Part shown: in pieces, positions 11,113-25,400 of the stretch
Numbering within the stretch: the first letter of the stretch is position 1
How the letters are laid out: each line of letters starts with the position of its first letter
Assembly (NCBI RefSeq): GCF_026571515.1
Contig: NW_026857948.1
Span: forward strand, 1 to 64,000
DNA from: Ruditapes philippinarum
Lineage: Eukaryota
DNA: 64,000 nt
Direction of reading: 5' to 3'
The notes under the pieces: model-generated
Database searches by the model: none
What the model was told of the DNA's origin: nothing
The model's input: the letters and a program-made list of their open reading frames with translations, nothing else
Position numbers and translations under genes: made by a program

Positions 11113-14100
11113 CAGAAAAGAAGGGCGCTCTTAAAAGCTTAAAAGGGCTGGTGGTGCCAAACAATTACCTAGGTACATATTTACAGCAATAAACTTGTAT
11201 TTACAAGATTTTTTTTATTTGATTTTGTCCCTGTATAAAGAGGACATGTTCGGATAAAATATTATGTCTCTTTTAAAAATTGTGTATGCCAATAAAGAGA
11301 TGTGAACACCAGAGCCGCAGTCCCATTTGTTTTAAATAACCCTGTTATAAATAATTAAATTCCTCTTTATATAAAAGGAAGTAAAAAAACAACAACAGGA
11401 ATTCTAAAGAGACAAATGGAAAACAAATAAGGAAAATATTAATGCAATAATTTCCTTGCAAATATTACAAGAATAAATTCGCCCGTCAATGCAACTAAAT
11501 GATTTGCCCTTATGAATAACGTACTTTATCAAAACAAAAATAGCGCCATCGTTCTTAACGGATCTATGTTTTCTAACCATTTATATAAACATTAGCGATT
11601 GTCCATTAATTATTTCAGCATGAAAGGTTTTCATTAACTGGTCCTATTGCGTGATGAATAAAATTATTTGCATGAAACAATGGAATAACAATGAACTCGA
11701 AAGGAACATGTCATGTTGAAAGCCATTAAATGCTTGAAGTGTTTGGAAAACTCATTTTAAGCTTTCAATTTCTATTTTTATTTTTAATACATTTGCATGT
11801 TTTTACGCACATGAGCATGTTACACAAAGCCTTATTAAATGACAATTTTCAATTTAATGAACATACACATCAAATTTTAGAAATATTGTGGTAGCATTGA
11901 ACTTTTTTCATAGATTTCCAAATTAGATGTTTTAAGTACTTGATTTTTATAGAACATTCATCCTGTTTAAAAATTAAAGCCAAGAGCTAATTTTTATATA
12001 AATCTTTGACAAAAAGTGTTGTTGATTTCCTGCGTTTTAAAAAACAAAAAGTACAAAAAGTAAATGTCGTTTTTCTATGTGTTATTATCAGTATAAAACA
12101 ATTGTTCAAAATGAAAAGATCAATTACAAAACTGGTCGAGATTTCTTTAACAATCATCTTATCACAATGAAAGAACCTTACAAAATATGGTAAAACTCAA
12201 CACAACAGAATAATAAATACAATGTTGTTATTTACTAATAAATAGATATATAAACGTATGCGTAGTGACAACAACTGTATTGTTATATCCCCAAATATTT
12301 CATGAGGAGAAGAATTTCATAAGACACGTTGTCTTTCATTCTAATCCTGATTTTTAAGAATATTTGAATTGCTCTCTGTATATTGTAAATTGCATTATGT
12401 ATATATATTGTGAGACAAAAAATCCGTTTAAACTAAATATTTCATTTAAGAAACAGTATATATACAACAAATAAATTTATCTAATAATATTAAATTATCG
12501 AGAAAATTTCTCAGACACACGGTATTTATTTCCATAATATAAGATAAACTATCTGTTATAATTTTCAACTAACCTGAAACATGATAAATCTGTCATAAAT
12601 GATTTTCTGGGTTAAGATATAAAAATAAATTGAAAGAGGACATTATTCATATCTTTCGGATATTGTATTGGACCAGATTTATGAATGATTAATGTATTAT
12701 AAAATAGAGGAGGTTTGTTTGATTAAATAATTTAATATCTCTATTTTTTATTGATCAATTGCGGATGTCTTTGATAAAAAAACAACGAACGTATACGGAC
12801 AAAACTTATCTCAACTACAATATAAATAAGGCCCGATAACAGTTTAATTTGTCAAGAAAAGTAACTTTCGCGAGTCACAATTATTTGTTGATCTTGAAGT
12901 TATCTCCCATTAGTTATCACTTTACAGTTCAGTTTTTCACATGGACTGTGCAATAGCAACTACAAACATCAATCAATTGATAAGTCTGTGTTACTGAAAC
13001 GTACCAGTAAACATGAAAAAGTTTATAAGAGTCTCATTGATTTGTAAAAAGTAAAGAATTAAAAATTAATTTAATTTGTAGGAATGAAAATATTATGTTA
13101 AAGACTAATATTGTAAATACATTTCGTTTCTACTATAATGTGAACAAGAATCCTGCCTATAATTTTATTAGCACAGAGATTTATGCCAGTCATACCCTTT
13201 CAGCTATACTTTTTATCCGAACTATCTTTCTGTGACTGAACTGGCATTCGAGGTTTCCGGTGCATTGAGTTTTTTACAGTTTTATTTTTTGTTTACTTTT
13301 TATTTGTCATAATTCGTATGAGGAACACAACTCTTTTTTTTTTTCAATGAATCTTTTTGATAGCGTTTATATTGGGAGGATTGCTAGATGTATTATCACC
13401 AACTAGGATGCATACATTTGTAGCTATGACCTTACATTAATTAGTCTGGACTATTTTGCGTATAACAAAACTTCTTGAGAAGCTTAAAAGCCAAGAGCAA
13501 CCTGCGATTTTGCTACAGTGAAGCCCCTTTAATATCTCTGTATTGTTGTCCACACTGTTCGAGTCATAACAGGCATAGCTTTGCACCAATTTAGAAATTT
13601 GCAAAACACAATAAATTCAACAATTCAGTTTTTATCTATATCAATTACATCTTTATTATGCTTTTTTGTTTTTAACGACGAAAATGCATTTCAATAATTA
13701 TTATCCTGAACATTTACTTTACATATTTATTCTCCATCCAATTTAACAGTGATATTCGTGTTTACAACATATGTGTAAAATTATATACCAGAATGCTCTG
13801 TTTGTAAATTTAATATAATAGTAGAGATATCTTATATGGCATGTGTAACGCTCTTCATAATTAAACTACTGGGATGAAATAGATACGGATGATACCTGAT
13901 TATATTTATGAACTGAATATTGAAACTACTTCTTAAATTCTTCAAACAGAACGAAATTCAAAGCACTTTCTTAGAATGTAAAGAGCGAGAGAGACACATG
14001 GCATTGGCAAATATATATAAAAGAATAATTTGGTATTAACATCATTTAATGATTTCCTAATATATGATCTCGGTTATATAATAACTAAATATGACTTGCA

Positions 14101-14664
14101 GTTCATATGGAAATAATGAAATTAATATGTAAAAAGCAATAGCATCAAATGTCAGGTCTTAAAAACAGTACACCTGCATTATAGTTTCCCTGTAATAATG
14201 TTACGTTAAATGAAGAAGAAATATACATACGAACAATGTCTTAAAACTATGAAAAATATTGCCTACACCTTAAGAGGATATTTCTCGATAAAAGCGACAC
14301 TCATACAAGCCACGCGAAATACATGCAATAAACTTTCAAAACCCTTTACATAGCACACGACACATATAATACATCATACTTATATACAGTAAACAGAGAG
14401 AGATGCTTGAAACAAGTAACTGTAAACTTGTATAGCATTATGGAGGACGTGTAAGTAGTATATGTACAATTTTTCATGTGAGACATTTGAGCTATATTTT
14501 CGAAGTACGTGATGCAAATGTTTCCGTTTTTTTTTGTATCGAGAATAATCAGTAAATTTACTTTTTGTTGGACTGAATGACTCTCATCATGTTTTTTTAT
14601 TGTAATATTATAATAGGGAGCAATATTATATTGATTAAGTAAGGTATTACCTCAATTTTCTCAT

Positions 14665-14886
14665 ATTGTCTCAGGTTACCTGTACATATAGGTTAATTGA
14701 CCGCCGTACTGTGACCTACTTTGGCTCAAAATTCTCATATCTTTGGCTAATACTCCGTGAAAATTGCATTGAGGTTGCTTCAAAAATTTACTAATTAAGT
14801 GCATGATTGGTGACTCATTCCCGGGGTCCCTAACTCGAACAGCAAAAGCTGCTTTTTGTGCCCAGCACGGGTGGATGGACCTTTAA
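14665..14886 (-). mobile_element. DNA-transposon terminal sequence, copy B, ending in ...gatggacct-TTAA (Kolobok-like)
   Basis: Inverted homology to 10923-11112; the minus strand reads TTAA-AGGTCCATCC. Confidence 0.8.
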
Positions 14887-17800
14887 GCATAGATAACAAA
14901 CATTATTATATATATTTTCTATTATATACTCAAGTCCAGTTTAAGAAAACAGCTGTGTTTTTGCAGGTGATATGTCATGATTCTCGAAATACGTGCATTT
15001 AAAGTAGTACTATAGCGTAGTGAGTAAATAAAAAATAGTTGAAAAGACTGTATATTTTATGTTGAATATTAGATAGTATAGAAAAAAAGATTGTTTCATT
15101 CTCTCATTGTTTAACATATTTTGTATTATAAATGTCTACCAAAAAATATTTAATTTTATGTATGTTTTCTGTCATTTGAAAAATTAAGAGAGATGCGTGT
15201 TTGTGAATTGATTCCTCACAAATTATCTGAACTTTTTGGATATGTAGCAGAATAATGGTTGGGTAAGCGTGTATGATGAATTTGATAAACGATAAATGGC
15301 ATTCACAAAAAAAGAAAATTTATCACTAATGCCTTAATCGTGCTTTGATCGTATTTGAGTATAATCTTTGATAAACCCACTCGTTTTATTAGTTTTTATT
15401 GATAAACCTATCGCTTCAAATGCGTTGCATGTATTGGAATGTAAAAGGTAGATGCAATTCATTCGTCAAAGTTAAAACTTGTAATATCTAATCAAAATGA
15501 TTACAGTCATATGAAAGGAGATGAGAAAAATCTATCGTTATCTTCTCTCTTTTCGCCAAGAATGGGTTGCAATAGTAACTGATCTAAACGAAATGAGGGT
15601 CAATCTTGTTTGACAATGCGAGCATGAATGTTATGACAGCCGTGAAGATTTTAGCATCCGTGTTACCTATCGATTTCTTGTCTCTTTTTGGTTAGAGGGA
15701 GCATTTCTTTATTTGATAAAGATTGGTGATTAAAGCGCGGGATGATTGCTGAAAAAAAAAATAATCATTGTAAGTTTGTGTTACAGAACAATGAAATAAG
15801 AATTATACTCTACATGTTTAATTGAAGTGAAATATCTTTTTTTTATGCAATTTTAAAAAGATGTCAGAATTTCAATTAATTTGGTGTATTGATAAATTAA
15901 TTGCATTATTAATAAAATTAATAAGATTAAAATGTATGTCGCAAGAATTCAAAGGCTGAATGAAATGCTAAGTCTAGATTTGCATAAAGGAAATGATAAC
16001 ATAATGTAAAGTTAAGAGAAATTTTCATAAGGGTAAATAAACGAAACTATTTTTGAGGTTTTATTATCTGGTAACTATGCCATAAAAAACATTTCATCGT
16101 GTTCACGGTTCTATTTCTTTAAATTTTCAAACACTTAGTCAGAGGAATATAGTAATCGGTATGTGCAATCGTTTGCTTATGGCAAAATAGACTGCATTAA
16201 ATTCAACAGTAAAATAATGTGTCTACAAATATTGTTGTATATTTTACCATGTGTGGACTAATCAGGTTCTTAACTTTGTAGATTTTAGAGTACTTAAAGT
16301 CGCTAGGGCTTTAATACTTTATGTGCGTTTTTTTAAAATTATATTGATGTTAATTCTAAATGTAAGTGACAAACTCATCGTTCACTTGCACTTTCCAGAC
16401 CGTCCGAAAAAGGTCAATCAAGAAACGGCAGCCTGCCAACATTTTTTCGTTTTTGAAATGTTTGGCTTTCTTTGGGATTCTGTTTTATTCTCCTATTGTG
16501 TCAAATTAATGCTTCATGACGGTATCTTGGATACAAGTTAAGGTAAGACGTATAAAATTTGATCAATTTGCGCGGAGTTCCGAACACTAATTGTATTAAC
16601 TGCATTGTCATGAAAGAAACAATAATGTCAATTGGTAGAATAATTCGTTTAATTATTTTAGTATGGTGTATACCTTATAAAGAATACCGCGGTAACCAAA
16701 TGATAACAAAGTATCGTTATCTTGTTTTGCAGCTAAAATTCATCACTGTGACAAAGTCAGTATAGTACAACTAAGGATATGATTCACTAGATAGACTTGT
16801 CGCAGCTGAGATATGAATACGATATTGAATGAAGTATAAAAAGGTTTTTGTACGGAAATCAAATGTACATCAAAACGAAATTATCGTCCACGGAACGCAG
16901 ACATAGTCTAATGTCAAATCACGTGGATAAAAGTGCAACTATGTCCATGGCTGTCGAATGCATGAATGTTTCCTCTCCTGCTTTTTCCCTTGCATGACGA
17001 CAGAATAAGCTAAATTAACAAAATATATTATTTAACTCGATCATCAATTTCCTTGGTTTCAGTCAAAGTAAACACTGGGTTAGTACGATAAAATATTAAA
17101 TCCTAAAAGGAAAGATATGACGAATTAAGGTATAATGTAAGAACGAAGATAGAAGACCCTTTTAATTTTATCAAACTATGGAATCATTAAAGATAGATAC
17201 ACCTTTGACATACATAAAAATTCATATGTATTTTTTTTTTTTTGGTTTTAGTGTATAGTGTGCATCCATCGTTCATAGCCATATCCTTGTTTATAGCATT
17301 TCTTAGAGCGCTTTGTTTGCAAGCCGCAAAATTGGTAAACTGGTTCACATTTCACATGCTAAACGCAAATCATAGCTATATGGTTTGTTTCACTGACAAT
17401 TGATGAGACCTAATTATTTTTTATTGGCACAGACAATGTTATCCTAATATTAGAACTACATGTACTTTAATCAATAAGAGGACTCGAAAAAGCGACTTAA
17501 GTTGGATTAGAAGTGGTTTCACATAACTTCATTTACAGTTATCTGAACGATTAACTTTGGTACATTTCAAGATCAACCTAAAGTTTGTTCAACTTGGGCT
17601 GTTTAACTAATATCATTTGCTTTAGAATTACATGTCTATAGAAATTATTTCCATAGAAAGTTGATCTTTTTTTCCTTAATTGTTAATCGGAGTTTTGTTA
17701 AATAAACCCTCATACTATGGAAATGTTACACAAATGATTTTTGTACGTGAAATTCCTACCAGTTTTGAATTAAATCTTTGCTCCTCTTGGTTCTTTTTGG

Positions 17801-19338
17801 GGGAAACTGCTTTGAAATTAACAAAAGGCGTTGGTATAAGAATGTATAAAAATTACTTGAGAGAGAGAGAGATATGCATTAGTATGATTGGTAAAGAAAA
17901 ACGATAAACAAAGGTATCGTATCATGTTTGCAGCTTCAATTTTGTCATTGCAGTCAGTAAAATCATGTATGCTTTTAAACCTTTGATAACTTTCATAAAT
18001 AACCTTGTATAAAACAAAGCTCAATATTGTCAAATGACTTGGACAATTTATAGCAATATGTCTAATAATGGTTATTGCACGAAGATCATATTGCCACAAC
18101 ACTGAAATGTTTTAGGAACCCAGACAAATTCTAATCAAACATATGGACAACAGTGCAAAGCTATGTCCATCTGTCACACGCATTGAATTTCTTTCTCAGC
18201 CTTCCCAACTTGATTGACATCATTGCTAATACAATGTGTAATACTCAATATTATCATTTCAGCGTTTTTAAATAAAGAAAAAAGGAATCGAAAATTAAAT
18301 CTTAAATAGATATAAAATTAAAGTCATAATACAACTGCTTTGGATTCTGTTAGCGAACAAGACGAGAAGAAGAAGAAGAAATAAAAGAAAGGGGATCCAT
18401 TTTTTATTTTTTTTTTTTATTTTTTCCTCTCATGAAAAAAGGGAAAATAAAAAAGATACTGTTAACATATACATTAATTCTTCTCTTCTCGTTAAAGACA
18501 ATTCGGGCGGCGCACTCTTAACAAAAGGGCTACTCCATGGACTTATTATCAAACAGTGGATTGTCACTTGCAGTATGACAACTTACATATTACACTTCAC
18601 ATTTCATGGCTTTTGGGATTATCGTACTCTAAAGGTTAAGCATAAATTCTATGCTCGATCATTTTTGTCATTTATTACTTGTCTGCTTTCATTAGGAGTG
18701 AGCATTGCGTTTGTAAATATGGGCTGTGAAAGTAGAAGATCATTTAATAAATGAAGATTAATATAGATATTTAGATAATATAAAAAAAAATAGTTCAATT
18801 AATATGTGCGTCATAGCCACAAGAACGTTTTCGTCTTTTATTTGTAACTACTATTTGATACTATTCCATATCCGTCATGGTAATTTCTTCCAACAACTGT
18901 TGTGAGATAACACTTTATAAGGCATGCTTTGGAACATTTTTGTTGTTCTTCCTGACCCATCATATTCAATACACTTTTAATGAAGATTTGCAAACTGTAT
19001 TGGAATATAACAGTACTGTTTTTCTCCTTTATTCATATAGGAAAAAAAACATTTTTTTAACAGAGGTTGGCATGGGGCAGTGGTAATACACAATCCCAGT
19101 TGAAATAAAAGCAAAACAACTGATTAATGAGGTGAAATGTATTCGCATAGATATGTCATGTTGTAAAATTAAAAAAGAAATGTTATAGTTTACCTGCAGG
19201 AACCTAACTGACTTATTATCTATAGATGTCAGGTAGCTTACGACAGCTTTAGCTGGTAATGGTTCATTTTTCTAGGGTTTATATTTAAAATAAAAGGACA
19301 CAAGAGAGAGAAAATTATCGAACTGCATTTATTATTTT

Positions 19339-19454
19339 TTATTTTTCTCTGCTGATTTCTGTAACAACAAGTAATAAAATTGCGACAAAACAGTTATAAT
19401 GTGTGAACTTGTTAGAGGGATATAACACTGGCTGGGCACCATCCTGGGATGTTT
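19339..19454 (-). CDS. Candidate terminal exon of an unidentified minus-strand gene (ETSQDGAQPVLYPSNKFTHYNCFVAILLLVVTEISREK*)
   Basis: tatgtgtttgcag acceptor, open frame with a hydrophobic C-terminal stretch, then stop with AATAAA immediately after. Confidence 0.3.
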
Positions 19455-22400
19455 CTGCAAACACATAGTTTCGGCCTGACATATACTATAACTATTACAT
19501 AGCATTCATTTTGAAATACAATACATTGAAGCATATTTAAATACGACTATAATATTGCATAGTAAAGTATACGTTTAACCTCATTAATTGAAGGATGACA
19601 TCAAATGGTCATAGAATGGCGATAAACTACTTTCAGAAATGGACTTATTAAACTGATTATTCCTCAAAGTTGATTTGTTTAGTCGAGAGACATTTAACTA
19701 ACTGTGCTCAAATTGAATATTAACGAGTTTATATATCGCGATAAACTACATAAATGTAACATTAGCTCTCTTTTTATCAGGTTTTTACCATTTTGTATTG
19801 AGTTTGACATAGCTAAATGTCAACCATTGCCTTTTCTTTGGAAGATGTTTAAACGATAGCCATCGGTTTATAGTAAAATGTATGTAGGCTCGCTGGTTAT
19901 TCGACGGTCCAGGTCTTATTCAACGACATTCCGCCATGTGATCTTAAAGATGTCAAATGTCAATTTACATTTGCATGGTAGAAGTAATTATTGAGGAATA
20001 AGATGATTGAAATCTACAATTTGAAGCGATTTTCTAAACGGCAAACACATCAGCTCGCGAATTGGTTTAAACCCATCACGAATATATGATAAGAGATAAG
20101 ACCTATATATAGAAAGTGACATGACCGTCAATAATGGATATGTTACAGTTTTCGACTGTCACATGAATAGATGTCTGAATTTAGAATAGGACCCGTGCAC
20201 AATTTATGAAAGACACGCCCAGCTTTACACAAGTAAAGTATAAATAAGCAATTTTTTCTCGATTTGCAATTTGGGAAATTGGATGTACAATTCTCCGGAT
20301 ATTCTTGTAAATGCATTAAAGATAATACTGAATGTCGAATAAAAAAAATGCTATGAAAAACGTCCTTTCTCTGTTACTGCTGAAAATTGATGTCTTTAAC
20401 TAAATTTAAGCAGTTAAAATGGAAATAGGAGAAGGAAATTATAGAATCTGCAGTTTGTCGAACTTTACTTATGAAGATAAGTGCGTACAACTTACTGGTT
20501 GGAACAATTATTCTCGAGTGTATCTTAAGAGCATGTGTGTTGCGACGCAGCTTTGTATCCTTCTTTGATAACAATATTATATCAGTTCTAAACACTTATT
20601 AGTAACAATATAATGTCTGGTCATTACTTGTTGAATACAAACCCCCACAATCTATAGAAAGTCTATTAGCGAGACGAGAGCTATACAATATAATATCGGA
20701 ACACCAGTCATATCTCAGCTAGGAGAGAGGGAATTGTTAAACATACATTCTTAGAACTCATAGGAGAAACATGATCATATAGTAGTAATTCACTTGTTCT
20801 CCGTTCACTTTCTATTAGTCAGTCTTTGAGCTATATAAATATGCATTGCCCACATATTGCTATGTGATTGTGTATTGAATGCTATGCCTATAGATCAAGG
20901 AGACACCACATGACAAAGTTGTCTAGCATAAAAACTTAGATCATACCCTAATAAAGCATGTATGTTGATTCTTCTTTGCAAAAAATCACAATTCTACTAC
21001 AGACTCCAAGATTTCGATATGACAGGCTAGTAATGTAGGTGACCAATAAAGTTGCCAGATGGAAAATTTTATGATCACATCTCGATCCGTTAAGAGTCAC
21101 ATGCGGCAAAAGACCTGTATCATAATTTTGTTTAACCGTGTAGTTGACATAAGACACCGCGATAACAATTTCGATAAGTAACGCATGATAGAGTTCATGT
21201 TATAACAATTAATACTTGACTACTCGAAAATATAATATCCTCACACTCATTAGATAATCAGGATCACTAAGAAGCAACACATGCACTGATAGATACAGCT
21301 TGACCTTGAACCATTGAGACGTTGAGGTTATATTATATCTATATCAACGATGACATTTCTTGTCAATATCTGTACAAATGATACACAATCCGGGCTTCGA
21401 AGAGAGACATAACAGATGTAGAACAATCGTAGCATGGTATATTACTACGTATCAGAAAACACGTATCATGGCTACAGATGTCTCTTCTGAGATCAGAGTT
21501 AGTCTGATATACGTAAGATAGCAAAAATGATAATACAATTACCAGTTGAACTCATGGACGACTTTAAAGCAGAACCGTGTCACTCGTACAGTGTCAGGTC
21601 GAGAGCTAAGCTCTTCACATTTTGGCATGAACCGTCGCTTTAGCTGCAATTCTGTCTTTAGACGCGAGACAGCTTACACATATGATGAGACAAATTATAT
21701 CCAACAGATCATTAAAAGGAAGAGTGAGTAGCGGCAAAAATCACAACGTATCATACGACGCACATCTACAGGCCACATTACGCTAAGTTGTATCAACTTG
21801 CATTAGCTTCGATTTACTACGGAGAGGCAGCAAACACGACACAAGACTATACAGATCGTAATCATTTTGCATAGAGTCACCACGATATTCAGACGCCCAG
21901 ATTGTCATAAATCAATAGAGTTGTACATTTAGACCTCTATTATCCCCTATACCATCTCGATCCTGTCAAGTAGGTATGTATTAAATCAAACTGCTGATCA
22001 GAGGTTTAATTAATAATAAGGTTTTCCAAGAGGTAATTGCAAAGTGATATCGACCCGATCTAAGCGCGAATATCTCATTCGTCAATTTCTCCTGGCTATG
22101 TGCAACTTGGCTTTTGAATCTATGTCGCACAATATGTATTCGCAATAATATTTTCCTTGCGGGCGTTTGATTTTTTCAGTTCGGGTCACATCCTTGTAAA
22201 CTCCATCTCGAGCAAGAAGATATAGGGAGCAAAAAATATAGTAATCGAAACTAGACCAAAGCTAATACAAAAATTTGAGCAAAAGTAGAACTATTATGAG
22301 AACACAAATCTTTTATTACCCCGGGTCTTAGAACTGCTAATTATAAGACATACCACACAGTTCTATAGTTTTATAGGTACATCAAAATTGTTTGAATTAG

Positions 22401-25400
22401 GATCAAAATGTACACTACTTATAGACAAGACACAAAGCGAGTCGTACATGTTCGTTTTAGAATCATTTCAGGAATGAGCAAAACGCATAAACACTCGAGT
22501 AACCAAAGTAGCTTTTTTTATAAATCCTACATATGGTCTTCGGGGATTCGAGTATGTTAAATATACGAGTGATGGGGGTGCATTTAAACTGTAAAGGAAA
22601 TAGGCGCCGGGATTTCTTGGTTATTACACGATATAGTTAATATAGGAATTTATCTCGTGATCATACCCTCACTAACCGGTACCATAACAAATCTGTCTCA
22701 GTAGCGAACCGAGGCTGTCCTGATAAATCAGAGATGTGACGCCAATGGGATTCATAATAATAGCAATAGCTCAAGATCGAGTATACAATTAGTCTCTGAG
22801 AGAGCGCCCGAGGGTTGAAATAATAACATACGCCGCCTCAACATCATGGAAGTGCCGATCCACGTCATGTCTATGAACATTCTTCAAGCTAATGCAAATA
22901 ATTGTTTATCGGACAGTAAACGACGTTGTATTGACTATATACATGCATCACCCATTAGTTACATCCAATATCTAGAATTCTTGTCTCCTTTTATTTGGTG
23001 AGTGGAGAAGCATTTCTTTTCCATATAAAATTGTAATGCATAGATCGATGATGGTACCAACGAAGATGTTGTATAATATTGGATACGGAGTACAATTGGA
23101 TTAAACCAATGCGAGAAGAATATAAACTGATAATAAAAAGCACACGGGCGACGCCTACGATGTCCTACCGAGACAGACACAGAAACACTGTGAGTTAAAA
23201 TTAACTTCTAAATATTTCATATTAAACTATAGGAACACAGTCAACACATCTTCTATTATGTTCAGCTAAAAATCATTAAAATGTCTATTAATTCAGAATA
23301 CAATTGCTCACTACTGTACAAATAATAGCGGATGTTATTAATAGAAACTTTATAAGGTACATGTATAAACTATATATAGTAAAGTTCTATATATGAAAAT
23401 GATAGTACTGGCTCAACGGTATCTAATTTGAAATACGTCATAATACGATCTTGCTCGACAAAAACTTTCCTAATGATTCTGATTTAAATTTATACACAAT
23501 TGTAAGAGTGAGTAGTTGTACGCACAAAACAATGATCTTTTTGTATTAGCGGCTTATAGCAACAAATATTTTTCTCTATACACAGTTACGCCTATCCTAA
23601 TGAATCTGAGATTAGATCAGTACCTGTTTGTAGAAACAACAATATCTGTGATTATCTGCGAGTTTTCTTATCACTCTCAAAACAACATTTCATGTTCTAA
23701 AACTATCTGCACTATTGTTGCTCGCGAGTATGTGGGCGAATATTTCTTGGTTTAAGTTGTGTACCATTTTAATGTAAATTAGGTCTGACCATTTCTATAC
23801 TCGAGAGAGCTCTTGAACAGAGAATATTCGCACCGAACTCTAATCACACAGTTCAGTCTATTTTTTCATTTGGGGGTTCTATAAGAAATACAGACTTGAG
23901 TGTTTAGATTATTAGCTTCATTTCCTTCTTACACGCTGAATCGATTATATCTAAGCGGAAATAAAGTAACATTTTACTCGAGTCAATAAAATCAAAACAA
24001 CATCATTATTCACATAAAAACTAAATCGTCAGTCCAAAATTCATAATGTAAACAATGCAAACATTTCCTGCTTGAAACAAATACACAAATTGTGTTATAG
24101 CAAGTAATCATAGTATTTTTAATATAGGAGGTCTCTAATATCAAGAATCAAGCGCTTTTAATAATAACATTTAATTAAATCATGTATAATGACTATCTCG
24201 AGCGAGTCACCTAGAGTTACATTGTAACCAGTGCAGCGAGACATGAGAATTTGTTTGTAAAATTTCTATCCTAATCTTCTTTCTAATTGAATATAACCAG
24301 CACATAGTATACTCGATATACCAGAGTGTTCCAATCTTCGTCAACCATTCATTTGTAGCAAACAGATCTATTCAAGCATAAATAGAAATATAATTAGGTG
24401 ACTTGTTTGAGCCATAAGTTGACATTTCACTTAAAATTTATCGTATTGTACAGTCAACTAGTACACAATTTGTAGTCAAAATAAATGAATGATTTAATAG
24501 AAATACCTAATGTAAACTGTCATTCACAGAATATATCAGATCAAAAAATAGTTTTCATATTTACATATTGATTAACATTTATTTTATGCCGGAAGATTAT
24601 TGTAATGAGAGAATGTAACTTAATAGAGAGAGATGAGATATCAGCAGTTGGCCTGAAATTCTTTCTTTTTCTTTTTTGTAATCTTAGCCATCGTCTCTAT
24701 ACGTTTGACTGTGTCAGCATTTATCAGAAAACCACATTTCCTGAGAGATTTCCATATTCATAAAGCCTGTTTTGATAGCCTCTATCTAACAAGAGCTTCT
24801 TACTTTAGTTAACTTATTGAGTATGCGAGACCATGTAGTGATACCATCACCTCTCACATGGGATTGTATCGAGGACGTTCGTATTGAATGTCTTCTATAG
24901 CAATAACTCATCATGAGAACGTCACTGCGGGAATGGGTGCTTGAATACGAAAATTTACCCAATATGAGGCTCACTGATTCAACGCAATTTGAAGTTCTGC
25001 TTAATCCCATTAGCCGAAACTTGCATTGCAGTGTGACATAAGTAGAACTTTTCGCGGGATAGCACTTATCACGATTGTAGAATATCAATGATCGAATTGT
25101 AATTTGACAAATATGAGCTTATATAAAAGCAAGCAGCGCCTCAGAATCATTCTAATGTAAACTACACCTTCAATGAAAGAGAGTCCTTTTTGAAACAAGT
25201 GTCTTTTGATAATTTCGGTGTTAATATCTTGTGTGGTGCCGATAATTCTAAACCCGCGATTAAGCTGAAGACTTATACTTTCCCAGAATATTTCTTACTA
25301 TGCCATTCACTATTCATTAACTATTAATATTCAACAGGACTTGTTTCTTGATATCTTAAACCACAAATAAAAGTTATCAATATAGATTTACGATTGTTAT

